Below are positions 11,969 through 23,142 of a DNA stretch of 64,000 nt, piece after piece. The stretch comes from Fistulifera solaris (Eukaryota). The stretch covers positions 1,984,001-2,048,000 of the forward strand of contig AP026126.1 in the NCBI GenBank assembly GCA_030295235.1, read 5' to 3'. Numbering within the stretch: the first letter of the stretch is position 1; the number at the start of each line of letters is the position of its first letter. The notes under the pieces are model-generated. The model was not told the origin of the DNA, ran no database searches, and worked only from the letters and a program-made list of their open reading frames with translations. A program made the position numbers and the translations under genes.

Positions 11969-13128
11969 TTAGAGAGAATCTCGTCGTGTCAGCACCAGAA
12001 GATTGGGAATTGGTCGACGTATACACAGGCAGCATGTTTTTTCCTTGGCGGCATATCTCGTTTGAAAATCGATGGTCTTTTGTACATGAGTTGTTGGTTG
12101 TTGTAGTTGCTCTGGTTGCAAGTGTTCCGATTTCGCATGTGCTAGCGCTATTTGTATCAATGCCTCCATAACTTCCGAAACACCTTCTCCCGTAGCCGCA
12201 CTCGCCTCACAGTGCTGCAGTCCATTGCGACGGCACCACAGCAAGACCATATCTCGATCTGGATTGGATTGATCCTCCGAATTCAAAACAGAAGCAAGAT
12301 ACGACCAATCGTCTGTCCAATTTTCTCGATTGACTAAATAAGAGGAAATTTCCATGCGCCGTTTCGGTAGTTTCTTCAGATTACCTTGCGTGAATTGAGA
12401 TAGAGTTTGTTTCGGCACCTGTGAGGAAAGCGACGAAGCCTTGGTTGGAGGAGTGACGTGATACTCGTAACGAAAATCATGCCCACGAAAATGCCCTCGC
12501 AATCCCATGACATCCCGTTGATGTATAGAGGGCACACGCCGTCTCGAAGGTGAAGCTCCTCCTTGTACTGTCAAATCCAATTTGTTGCCCAGTACCAAAA
12601 TCGGCAATTTTTGTTCGAGTTGCAACAAATCAGCATACCATTTGAGCAATTGCTTGAACGAAGTACTGCTCGTGACATCGTATACTAATAATACAGCATC
12701 CGCTTGTCGAAAGAACTCTTGTCGAAACGTTGCCGCACTTGAATCCGCAGTCGGTTTACGTGGATCCATGCGCTCACTGCCGGGCGTATCCCAACATTGC
12801 AAGGTCACGTGAGGATACACGCGACGAGTATAAAAATCTGCTCCAACCGTTGGCGTTCGTTCCGCATCGAAGCGCTGCTGAAAGTAACGGCGCAGTAGGG
12901 ACGTTTTTCCGGCCCCGGCAGATCCGAGAACCTTGTATTGTATTGTATTGCAAGGAATGGAGATGTTTTGTGTGAGAAATTACCAGAAAGAAAAATAATA
13001 GTGATGCGATTTGATATATTATAATGGTGCCAATGGACATCAGAAGCGCAATCAATTTCGAATCAACGCACCAAACACTTTAATCGGACGGGTTTCTGAG
13101 AGGAGACACTACTAGCATCTTTACTCAT
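11969..13128 (-). CDS. Rab/Ras-superfamily small GTPase; exon 1 13128-13072, intron 13071-12932, exon 2 12931-11969
   Basis: The spliced product MSKDASSVSSQKPVRLKCL|VLGSAGAGKTS (G1), PTVGADF (G2), WDTPGSE (G3), GNKLD (G4) and EASA (G5) has all five G boxes, with a TCCLC cluster near the C-terminus. Confidence 0.85.
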
Positions 13129-13826
13129 TTGTTGGATTTTGTTGTGCATCGAATCAATTATTTAATTTGCTCAGATTATTAGATTATTGTGCGTGCAGAT
13201 GAAAGTTTTGCCATGCAATTTTTTGTGCCGGGACTGAAAGTGCCGTCACAAAAGTCACCTTAGTAGCTGTTGGATGTTGGATCCAAAGCAAGCAAGCATA
13301 ACAATTGAGGAAATTTAGGAATAAATGTTAGAAAGTATACAAAAGTGTCACCAACGGTTTAGAATCCTACCAAGTACTCGATATCTATTGACCTGCAACG
13401 CCAATCCGAAAAAAAATGGATGTAACCATCTGAGCTATTTGAAAAAAATGGACAGTTATTGTCGGCAAAAGGTCTTCGATTGAATGCCTGAGAATAAGTT
13501 GACGTTCAGTTACCATCCCTCAACACAAGAGAGAATGCAGTAGTAATTCTCTACTTCACTAGTGCTGCTAGGAATAATGACTACCAGTACGAAGGTTAGA
13601 TGTTAGATGTGAGTTACTATGTTGGTTTTCGACAAAACTATACATACCTCCAGTCGCGTGTAGGCGACCTTCCGCCACGACTGCACTTCAGTCATGAACC
13701 GAGAACGAGCAACTTTACTGTATCTTCAGTCAATAATATCATAATATCATAGATCGTTTTGCTTTGCAATAACTTGAGAGTGTGTTTTTTTTTCTTTGTT
13801 TCGACCATCAATAAGATTTAATTCAC

Positions 13827-14461
13827 ATGGATTCTTCATCATTACCGACAGAGCCGCAGCAGACAAACATTCGCGTCATTCCGTTTGCTGTCGCTCTGCC
13901 TCCGGAAGTCTCGGGCCCTCGTGCTTTGGATGTTTCAGGAGTTGTGGGGACGCTGACACTGTTGGGCGATAAATCAGTCATGGTGTGGTTTGGATTGGGT
14001 CAAGTACAGGCAAAAGAAGAATCAAATACGTCGGAGACGGCGGTGGTCGGAAAAGGTAGGTTGACATGACTATGTGTTTGATTCAAGTACATTGTACACA
14101 CAAAGCATACCCACGGCACCTTTATTGTACAATATTCAACGCTTAAAATGATTTACCCGACTACCCTATCATAGCACTGCAGCGACCCATGGGACCCTTA
14201 TTGCTCGCCATGCCGCGATCTCGGTACCAAGGAGCTTTTGGTTCCGAAACACCCATCACCAAATTAATAGGACACGAGCAAGAAGACACGGAACTACTGG
14301 CCGGGAAAATGGCTTCGCGATTGACACAACGTGTGCAGAAAGCGGTCTTTGTGTCGTGCGATTTGGAGCCGGCGGCAAACGGAAGTTTGAATCAAAAGTT
14401 GCAGCAAACGGTTGCGGCTCTTGCGGAAAGGGAGGTCTATCGAATATTACAAACGTCATGA
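13827..14461 (+). CDS. PSMG4: Proteasome assembly chaperone 4-like; intron 14056-14174
   Basis: SVMVWFG...MGPLLLAMP...TKLIG...LAGKMASRLTQRVQKAVFVSCDL...ALAEREV fits PAC4. The GTAGGT...CATAG intron joins the two ORFs in frame. Confidence 0.75.
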
Positions 14462-14630
14462 GCAAACGAAGAAGATTGCAACAGCGAATGATGAACAATA
14501 ATCATTAGAAAGCTAATTTGAAAACATCCTTTTCAATTTCGGTGATTTTGAGTTGTTCAAAAAGCCCAATATTTATTCCGACACTGCAGTTGTGTGTGTC
14601 CTCCTACAACTCCCACCTAAATTCTATCCT

Positions 14631-15331
14631 TTAAGGAATATCATCGACAATACGATCCGGTACATAGACAGTCATTCCGTCCATTTCTTTCGTCAAAACC
14701 ACCGCTGACGCCAGTCGACTTCCAGCAAAGATTTCATCCCAATCCCAGTGATCTTCCAACATTTGCTCTTCAATAGGTGTCTTTCGCACAGCCTGATCGG
14801 ATCCTTTTCCCACTAAAACGACATGATCATATCCGGACGTTGTACCTTCCCCAAATGTGGGTTCCGTCCACGCATCGGTGCGCCGAACTTCCGGGGCGCC
14901 GCCCACACTGGCAGGGCCAATGTCAATGCCTTGCATATCGCAAATCTCTGTCAGTGTTTTGCCTGTGTGCGGAAAGAAAGAGCGACAACAAAATTTCAGT
15001 GTCATGCATCGTAAATTAGTGCTAAGAAAAGAGCGGTAATTTGTAGCGAGAGTTTTGTTTTGCATACTCCAACAAGCCGAATTCAGGAGCACCTCGAGAA
15101 AAATGAACGTTTGTTTTCTTTTTTTATAATAATTTTTAGCATTCGAACACACACACACGTACCGACCAGTCCTTTGACTTTTCTTCGTGCACCACTGGGA
15201 TCCACAAACGTTAAATCGATCAACAAGTCTTTGACCGACGGAGCCGACGGAGCGGCAGAACTCCAACAAGCCTGCGTCACCCGAAATGTGCGCGCTTGCG
15301 TTACGGTTTTCGACACGACAGAACGGAACAT
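14631..15331 (-). CDS. Mitochondrial ferredoxin-like protein, probable complex I bridge subunit (C1-FDX/NDUFX type); intron 15162-14963
   Basis: Arg/Ser-rich presequence MFRSVVSKTVTQARTFR, then LTFVDPSGARRKVKGLVG|KTL...EEQML...SRLASAVVLTKEMDGMTVYVPDRIVDDIP. This is an adrenodoxin-type fold ending in DIP, as in plant C1-FDX. Confidence 0.75.
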
Positions 15332-15584
15332 TCTTTTGTAATCGGTAAATTGAAAATAGATTATGCTTTGTTAGCAACAACAACAACAACAACAACAATT
15401 CCTTTGCAATATACAATTGGTTCAAGCACCTCGAATAGTACCTGTTACTGTTATGAGGGAGTCGTTCTAACCTTTATCATCGCAACAATTCAAAAAGGCC
15501 ACAATGCACGACGCACGACAGACGTCGTTGCCTTACCTATGCATGCATGCATGTAATGTCTGTACAAAGTATGGCAAGCTACCC

Positions 15585-15634
15585 CGGTACCAGTACCGGT
15601 ACCGGTACCTAACCTTGTACCTGTACCGGTACCA
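15585..15634. repeat. GTAC/GGTACC palindromic low-complexity cluster
   Basis: cggtaccagtaccggtaccggtacctaaccttgtacctgtaccggtacca. Confidence 0.85.
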
Positions 15635-16154
15635 TTCTTTGTACGTAGTAGTTGGTAGTCATAATATCCGGGTCTTCTCTCTGTCGATGGATTTTCCCAC
15701 GACATTTGAACCTTCGCATCTTTCATGCGTTTTACGTATTGACTCCATTTTGGTGTCAGTTATCGTTTGTTAGCTCAATATATCGATGTCGCAGAAAGAG
15801 CTGATGGCCATAGAGACAGAGAGACCAATTACAGCATCAAAGATCCCATCGGTAAAACCGTTCAATCCTATACAAAGGCATGAGCAACAATCATTACCGG
15901 ACAGACATTAAACAGATTTGCACATAGAGTTTTGAACCGATCGTCGGTTGTGCCTTGATTTTGATCTCCTTCCATTTTCCTTTTTTTTTGCCGTCTCGAG
16001 TCTCGACCATGATGGAAGGAGAACAAAGCAATTGTTCTTGAAAAAGACATCCACAACATCAGAAAAGTATCACCCTATTGATCTGAAAAAGCGCTAAAGG
16101 TTTAACATTAAGATAAGCACATGTGCACAATTTATCCGGAAGCACTGCAACACC

Positions 16155-19100
16155 ATGACAACATATTCTCAACAACAACAGCCACAACAACGCTCAGAAG
16201 AAGAATTAAAAGGATTTCGTGCGTGGCTACAAAGCTTGTCGTGGGAACATTTGCGCGATGCATCCTCTATTACATATCCGCGTGATCCAAAAACCGGGAA
16301 AAGGCATCATGAACTGGATCTTCTGCAGGAAATGCTGGATTTGCAACCGCCTCCACCGACTCCCATTCACGCCAAAGCCATTCCCTATCGACCCGTGGCA
16401 GCGAGTTACGTTTGTACAGATGGGAGAAATCAAGATGAACTGAAATTTCGGGGACGTTTTCGGGGGCCGTCTTGGTTTCAGTGGGAGCAGCAACAAGAAA
16501 ATGGTCGTAATAAACGAAATGGAGTGACACGCTATCACGTCTACCAAAAGCGATTTGTGCAACCCGATGGGGCGGTTTATACACTAGGATGTACGGAGCA
16601 ACAGCGTCGTGCGGATGAAGAATTATTGCGTCTATGCGTTTTCGTTGAACCGATCTCCGAGTCGACGACATACATTCAATTGGACGGAAAGTTCGATCCT
16701 CGAGGTATTCAGAAATTATTGCATATTGTTTCGCGAGGCAGATTTGCATCGATACTGCCGTCCAAGACCTACACACAATCTCCTTGGCTGGAGCCCACAC
16801 AACGATGGTTTTCGTTACCCATGTTTTTGGCGAGTCGCTTGGAATTGGCGCTCTGGAAGTCGTATCGAGGGAACAAGTTACCTCAAATATCGTTTTGGCC
16901 GCGGACGCTGACACAAGAACTCAGTGCGGCAGAAACTTCCATGATTGTTGCGACAGTGGCTACGCAGTTTTTGAAGCAGCACTTGCAATCGACACGCGAA
17001 CAGGTATCAACGCTCATGGACAGCGTTCTTTGGAAAGTTTTGGTAGATCGACCAGCAATACTTCCACGGAATGGTTATTGCAATCCGTTTCTATCTGACT
17101 ATCTTTTGGATAGTTTGATTCGGCAACCTTTGGTGGCACCGTTTGATTCGAAAGTTTTGAGCGCATTCCGACAAGCGTCGAAAAACGCATTGTATCAAGA
17201 GTTTTTGAAAGCCACGGAACGGTCATTGATGTTGGATGCCTCTACGCATTCGGAACTTAACATGAACAAGGCTGTTGCAAAGAAAACGAAACGCCGCAAC
17301 AAAAAGAAGCCGTCCGCAACAGCAAGTTTTGTAGTACCCCCTCCAGTAGCCACAGACGACTTGTCTAGTCCACGTTCGGATGATTCACACGTAAGCCAAC
17401 ACGAAGGGAAAGATGAGACTTCGAAAGCATTTCACTTTGCAAGTATTTTCGACTTTCCAGACAATGGTACTTCAGCACGTGATCGCAACAAAAATATTGT
17501 CACAGCGCTTGGCATTCTAGATAGTGTTCTCGATAGCGTGTATGCACAGGCTGGGTTGGAACCAGATATTGAAACCTTTGAAGCGGGTGAGGAGGCTCTG
17601 CTACCCTTGCCAGTGGCCGCAAAAGGCGATGACAATGCAAAGTCAGGAGAGGGTGATGAGCCACTACGAGTGAATGTAATTGTGGACGAGTCAGCTAGCC
17701 CTCCAATCACTGGAAGCGTCACGGTTCGTCCTGAGTCTTCAGCACTGTCTCATCTTCCCGCAAATCAATCGGTAGAGTCTTTGTCTTGTAGTTATCAGCG
17801 ATTTGATTCTTCAGGGTTAACGATCGGTCTTTCCGAGAAAGACGTGGATGAATGGACTAAACAGAGTGGTTTTGTGGATCGGAATGAAAGTATTCTTGAG
17901 GAATTTTTCCAATCACAAAAGCATGCTGCGACTATGAAAGAGCAAATAGAGGCATCATCAACGGCAGCCTCGCTTGCTTCTTCGTACAACGATGAACATT
18001 TGGAAGTATCCTTCCGAAAAGACTTTGCCTCGGAGGAGAGCCAGCCTTTCGATGAAACGACCATGAAGGAAATTGTCAAAGAAACCATTTATGAAGATAT
18101 TACCGAGAAGGTGACCCACGGGAACTCGGACAACGATGCAGAATTTTTCGTTCCGCTGCAGGAAAGTGAACCGTTGCTTTCGCAGCATTCACCTTTCGAA
18201 CGGGATATGGCGGAGACTGGTGGCACTGACGACGAATCACTGTCGCCTCCATCAACGCCCTCGCCTCGCTTGTCGCCAATTCTCATCACACTTTCAGATA
18301 TAAGTCGAATGCAGAAAGAGAGCGCCGAGACCACAAAGCTTGAAGATGCATCCAAGATATGTGCGCGGTCTGTCTCCTCGGCTGTGGTGCAGAGTGTATC
18401 GGCTAGAGCAGAGCGCACGCTGGGATTGCCCAAGGTTACCTCTTCGCGGTCGATTGATGGAGGGAGGAACTCTGTTTTCCATGAGTTTGAGAAAAGAAGC
18501 CTTCAAAATGAGATCGCCCCACTTTCTCCTCCACTGTGGCGGACCCGCCAGACGTTTGTTAACACTAAACGGGCACGGGATGACCAGGACATTAGGATCA
18601 AAGCACATCATCGTAAATCCGTTGATGTTCTTTCGACTTATCGAAATGCGGTTGCGAGACCACTTACAGCACGCGATGATCACGACATTGAGCCTTTAAG
18701 GACAGGTCACAAGAGCACGCCGTACAAGTCAGTTCTTCCTAAAGCACCTGCAAGATCTGTTTCGTATTCGAAGATGAATGACGCCTTTAGATCTCCGTAC
18801 AGTCACCTTCAAATCGAGGCTGGATGGTGGAAAGGCAAGCAAATGAAGAAAACCGGGGCACAAAGTGAAACATCGCTGGATATTCACGACGACTACCAAA
18901 GCTGGCCCGACTTGAGACAGTCCCTAGAACGTGATGACGGAGACAACAATACAAAAGACGGCTCGACAACTATCACTTCTGCTCTTTCCAATAAAGATGC
19001 TGAAGACGTGTCAGCACTTCGGGATGAGCGTGACGCTTACAGGGATATGTGTCTTACCCTTGGTGCCGAGGTGGCGAAATTGAAGAATGTGCTTGCTGCT

Positions 19101-20748
19101 CAAAAGTCGCTGTTCACACCAAAACCAACACCTGCGACGGGTCCATTTGGACTTACTTCTGGACCTTTTGACCCGCAAATAGTTGGCTCTCATGTTTTTG
19201 GAAGGATGGCATTTGCAAGGTCTCCTACAGCAATGAGTGATGCTGGCTTTCGCGCAGACTATGATTCGATAGCAAGTGAAGATGAAGCCGCAGCTCGTGT
19301 TGCGTATACAGCGTCTGTGGCAACCCACGTGGATTCGGATGTCTCGATTGATCGTACAGCTACGAATATCACGCGAACAGCCATCGCCGTTCCGCCCTTG
19401 GCGCGTTATGGGGCTGAACCTTCATACTTTCTAGGTATGCGTTCTAGGCTGACCAATGACATGCTTCGATTTTTACAGGCAACGGATATGCACCTGAAAA
19501 ACAAGAACCAATAAAGGCTGCAGCCATAGAACGTATGACACGTTTAGTGAATACGATGTGGCCACGTGCTCAAGTCAAGCTTTACGGAAGCAATGTTACG
19601 GGACTTTCTCTGCCAACTTCAGATATTGACTTTGTTATCTGTCTCCCTGCTGTGCACAAGAAGGCTGTTGCGGTAGCTCCTGGGGTTCTCGAAGGAAGAA
19701 ACGCCATTAATGAGTCGTCTCAAAAACTATTGGCTCGCACTTTGAAAGGGGAGTCATGGATTGATCCACGTTCGATGAAACTTATTGAGCGGACCGTTGT
19801 TCCTGTAATCAAGGTATCTACAAAAGACACAAAGGCTCGATCGCTGCAACTTGACATTACCTTTGACAGCCCTGGCCACCATGGAATAGAAGCAATTCAA
19901 ATGGTTACGCAGATCATGGACGAGCTGCCGGTAATACGTCCGCTGTTGCTGATTTTAAAACAGTTTCTCAGCAATCGCGGCTTGCTGACGGCTTACACTG
20001 GCGGTCTCTCGGCTTACGGTCTTTTTCTAATGGTTGCTCGTTATCTCCAAGAGCAAGAGTCCTGGGGGGACTGTGGTTCACTTTTGATGGGATTTCTTGA
20101 CTTCTATGGTAACAACGTAAGTTTCTGAAATTTATTTGTCATTCTTACAACAGTGAACCTTTTGTCTAAAAATGGCTAACAAATCATGCGCAGTTTGATC
20201 CGCGATCCATTGGTATAAGTGTTAAGAACCGTCAGTATTTTTCTCGGCTTTCTGCTGCCATGGGTGCCGCCCCACAATCAGTCCCTACAAATGAGACTGC
20301 ATGGAGACCAATCGGACCGAATCACGTACCGACAACTCAGTTCTTTCGTCGTTACAGCTTCAGCGACAAGGGCAACATTGATGCTCATCGCGGTGCGAAT
20401 CCTTCTGTCATTGTCCAGTCAGCAACATCGATACCGGTGGCGACGAATAACAATTATTTTCGAAAGCCACTGACTCAGCACAACAACGAAATTGATCATT
20501 CGGCCATGCCCTACACACTTGATCCTCTCTTGATTGAAGATCCGTTGAATGAGTCAAACAACGTTGGGCGAAACGCCTTCCGTATATTTTCGGTTCTACG
20601 GGCTTTTTCGGATGCTCACAGGGCGCTGCTAGCCTCATTGGAATGGGACTTGCATTCTAATGTCGAGTTTCAGGATGACAGTGAATATCCGCTGCTGAAA
20701 TGCCTGTTACAGAACGAGGACGTTGTTTTTAATGACATAGGTAGATAA
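16155..20748 (+). CDS. Non-canonical poly(A)/terminal nucleotidyltransferase (TRF4/TENT4-like) with a very long N-terminal extension; frameshift near 19500; intron 20117-20193
   Basis: WPRAQVKLYGSNVTGLSLPTSDIDFVI (GS...DxD), VPVIK...LDITFD, RPLLLILKQFL..RGL...YTGGLSAYGLFLMV and LLIEDPLNESNNVGRNAFRIF (PAP-associated domain). Confidence 0.85.
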
Positions 20749-20851
20749 TAGATAGTGAGAGGTGTTTAATACTGTAAATAGTGAATGTTTAACTGCATCT
20801 CATTTGTCGTTTGGTTAGTAAACGTAGTAAACGAGAAAAACGACTTAATCT

Positions 20852-22015
20852 TTAGCTTAAACGCAAGATTGCAGCATCGATCATTTGAGGAATATCGAAC
20901 TCGGTCATTTCTCCAGCCGACTTTCCCGTCAAGGGAAAGACTCGACACGTGAGACTCTTGTCCCAACGATCGGCTACCGCGGCCACGTCCAAAAACAACG
21001 ACGCCAATTCGTTCGAATCGACATCTCCAGGGATGGGGACTGTATCTACTCCGACACCACAAACGTGGCTAATACTGAGTAAGTCCATGATGCGTAGAGT
21101 ACCTTGTAACGAGTGTTCGACCAATCGAACATCTTCACAAAGAGGTAGCATAATTCCACAATATCCTGTCCTTTTGATGTCTGAAAGGGATTGCAGACAC
21201 TTGGTCACCGCAGCAGCCACGGCAACGACTCCAGGTCCACCAATACGATGTCCAAATGATTCTAACGCAGTCGCAATGGATCCTTCTGGCTCGAGCGACG
21301 GATTAAAACTGGTATCGATTCCCGCAAAACGCCATTTTTGTTCTTGACTAACCATCTCACAAATCTGTTGTACCGGTAACAAGGCCTCCGTGAGACCATT
21401 TCGTAAAATATCAGCAAGGTCACTGAGTTGCTGGCAATTCTGCAACAGAAACTGTGCCAATGGCCCATTTTCCAGCCCAATGGCAAAGGCGGGTTCGTGT
21501 CCAGCTTTGGCTGCTGGAAAGAAAGGAATTTCTGCCTTGACCGAGGCCGCCACCGCGAATCGAAAATTTCCCAAGACATTCGTTTGTGCAATATTTTGTA
21601 CACACTCTGCGAGTGCGTGCGCCATAATGTTGTCGGTAGCGACCAGATCCGCGGAACAGGAGAAGTAGTCCGTTTGAATGATTTGGGGGACCCATTCTTG
21701 AACTTGCGCCATGCTGGTGGCCGGTCCTAACGCACAAAAGTCAATCCGATGTTCTTGCATCAATTGCTTGAGTCGATAAAGTTCATCTTTCTGCTGTAAC
21801 CATTCTCCAAAGGGATTGGTGGCGATCCGTGACGTCTGTACGGTGTATCCTTCTTGTTGGAGTGCGCTTTTGACGGAATGAATGAGCTGGACGGCCTGGA
21901 GGAGATGTTTGATGCCTTCTTCGTCGTAAGCTTGTAACGGAACGAAGGCAGTAACAGTTCGAATGTTAAACAGGTTTTGATAAGGATGACCCAGTTGTTG
22001 TAATTGTTCTGACAT
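20852..22015 (-). CDS. DUF711/UPF0210 family protein, intronless
   Basis: IRTVTAF...GYTVQTSRIATNPF, NFRFAVAA...IPFFPAA, FAIGLE, GIDTSFNPS, GYCGIMLPLCEDVRL, SHVCGVGVDTVPIPGD and LTCRVFP are DUF711 hallmarks. Start taken at MSEQ (22015). Confidence 0.85.
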   Translation of the reverse strand: MSEQLQQLGHPYQNLFNIRTVTAFVPLQAYDEEGIKHLLQAVQLIHSVKSALQQEGYTVQTSRIATNPFGEWLQQKDELYRLKQLMQEHRIDFCALGPATSMAQVQEWVPQIIQTDYFSCSADLVATDNIMAHALAECVQNIAQTNVLGNFRFAVAASVKAEIPFFPAAKAGHEPAFAIGLENGPLAQFLLQNCQQLSDLADILRNGLTEALLPVQQICEMVSQEQKWRFAGIDTSFNPSLEPEGSIATALESFGHRIGGPGVVAVAAAVTKCLQSLSDIKRTGYCGIMLPLCEDVRLVEHSLQGTLRIMDLLSISHVCGVGVDTVPIPGDVDSNELASLFLDVAAVADRWDKSLTCRVFPLTGKSAGEMTEFDIPQMIDAAILRLS

Positions 22016-22339
22016 GTTTGATTTCTTGCTGTGAAAGAATGAATACAAAGTATAATGAGGATGTTTGCTTTGTTTTTTATTAGCCTTCGAAGAATTCGTT
22101 TCGGTGTCTCCGAACCCGAATGAATTCCTGATATTTTTATTTCTGCAATGATGTGATGTTATTCGGATTCTGAATTTGAATCTTGATGCCTCCAGAAGAA
22201 GTAAAGAATAGTTGATTGACAAAAGAAAACATCACCTTCGCTTTCGGGTTTTTACAAAGTATTCTACAATCAAGTATTCAAAAAATTGTGGCAGCGCCCG
22301 TGCGAGGCGGAAAAGTTAAGGTTAAGGACATGACGAAAG

Positions 22340-22723
22340 ACGTCCCCCAGATTTTCTGGATAATCGAGAATATCACACACACAGATTTTCTGGGATCGTG
22401 AAAGCACCACACTCCCATATAAACACCGCACTCCCATATTTTCTGGGTACGTGAAAACACCGCACTCCCATATTTTCTGGGTACGTGAAAACACCACACT
22501 CCCATATTTTCTGGGTACGTGAAAACACCGCACTCCCATATTTTCTGGGTACGTGAAAACACCACACTCCCATATTTTCTGGGTACGTGAAAACACGACA
22601 CTCCCATATTTTCTGGGTACGTGAAAACACCACACTCCCATATTTTCTGGGTACGTGAAAACACGACACTCCCATATTTTCTGGGTACGTGAAAACACCA
22701 CACTCCCATATTTTCTGGGTACG
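22340..22723. repeat. 34-bp minisatellite (unit cactcccatattttctgggtacgtgaaaacacNN); about 8.6 near-perfect units plus degenerate 5' copies
   Basis: ctcccatatt starts at 22431, 22465, 22499, 22533, 22567, 22601, 22635, 22669 and 22703 (period 34). Degenerate attttctgg copies lie at 22351 and 22385, and an internally deleted copy at about 22411-22430. Confidence 0.97.
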
Positions 22724-23142
22724 ATATGAGACAGCTGTATCTTCTCGGTACGGTCATGATCCCTCTAGTACTATATAACATTATTATTAATGAATGCTCC
22801 GTATGTTTTTAATCGATCCATCTGTTTTTGTTGATGCTGTTGTTGGGGTGAATTGCATCAACCAGGGTTTCGAGAAATATCTCACCGCGGCGTGCTACCA
22901 CGTACCATGGTACGGTACCAGTACTTTGTATTACGGAGTATTTTGTATTGTAGGTATAAGGATCGTCCGCACGTCGTCCGTGCTCATGATTTGAGATCAC
23001 CGTGATCACGTTCCTCGTTCCTCGCGTCCTCTGTATGTTCATACTACAGTACCTGGTATCTGGTAAATCTTACTCTCATGATTATCATTTGTACATTCTT
23101 TTCATCTAACATCCATTTACTTCACTAATCTTCCTAAATATC

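Noticed and set aside
22340..22723. CRISPR array (34-bp periodicity)
   Set aside because: Units are directly adjacent with no unique spacers, there are no cas genes, and the context is eukaryotic.
22270..22781. Repetitive ORFs on the minus strand (YPENMGV/FHVPRKYG)
   Set aside because: They are translations of the minisatellite: the 34-bp unit cycles through all three frames without stops.
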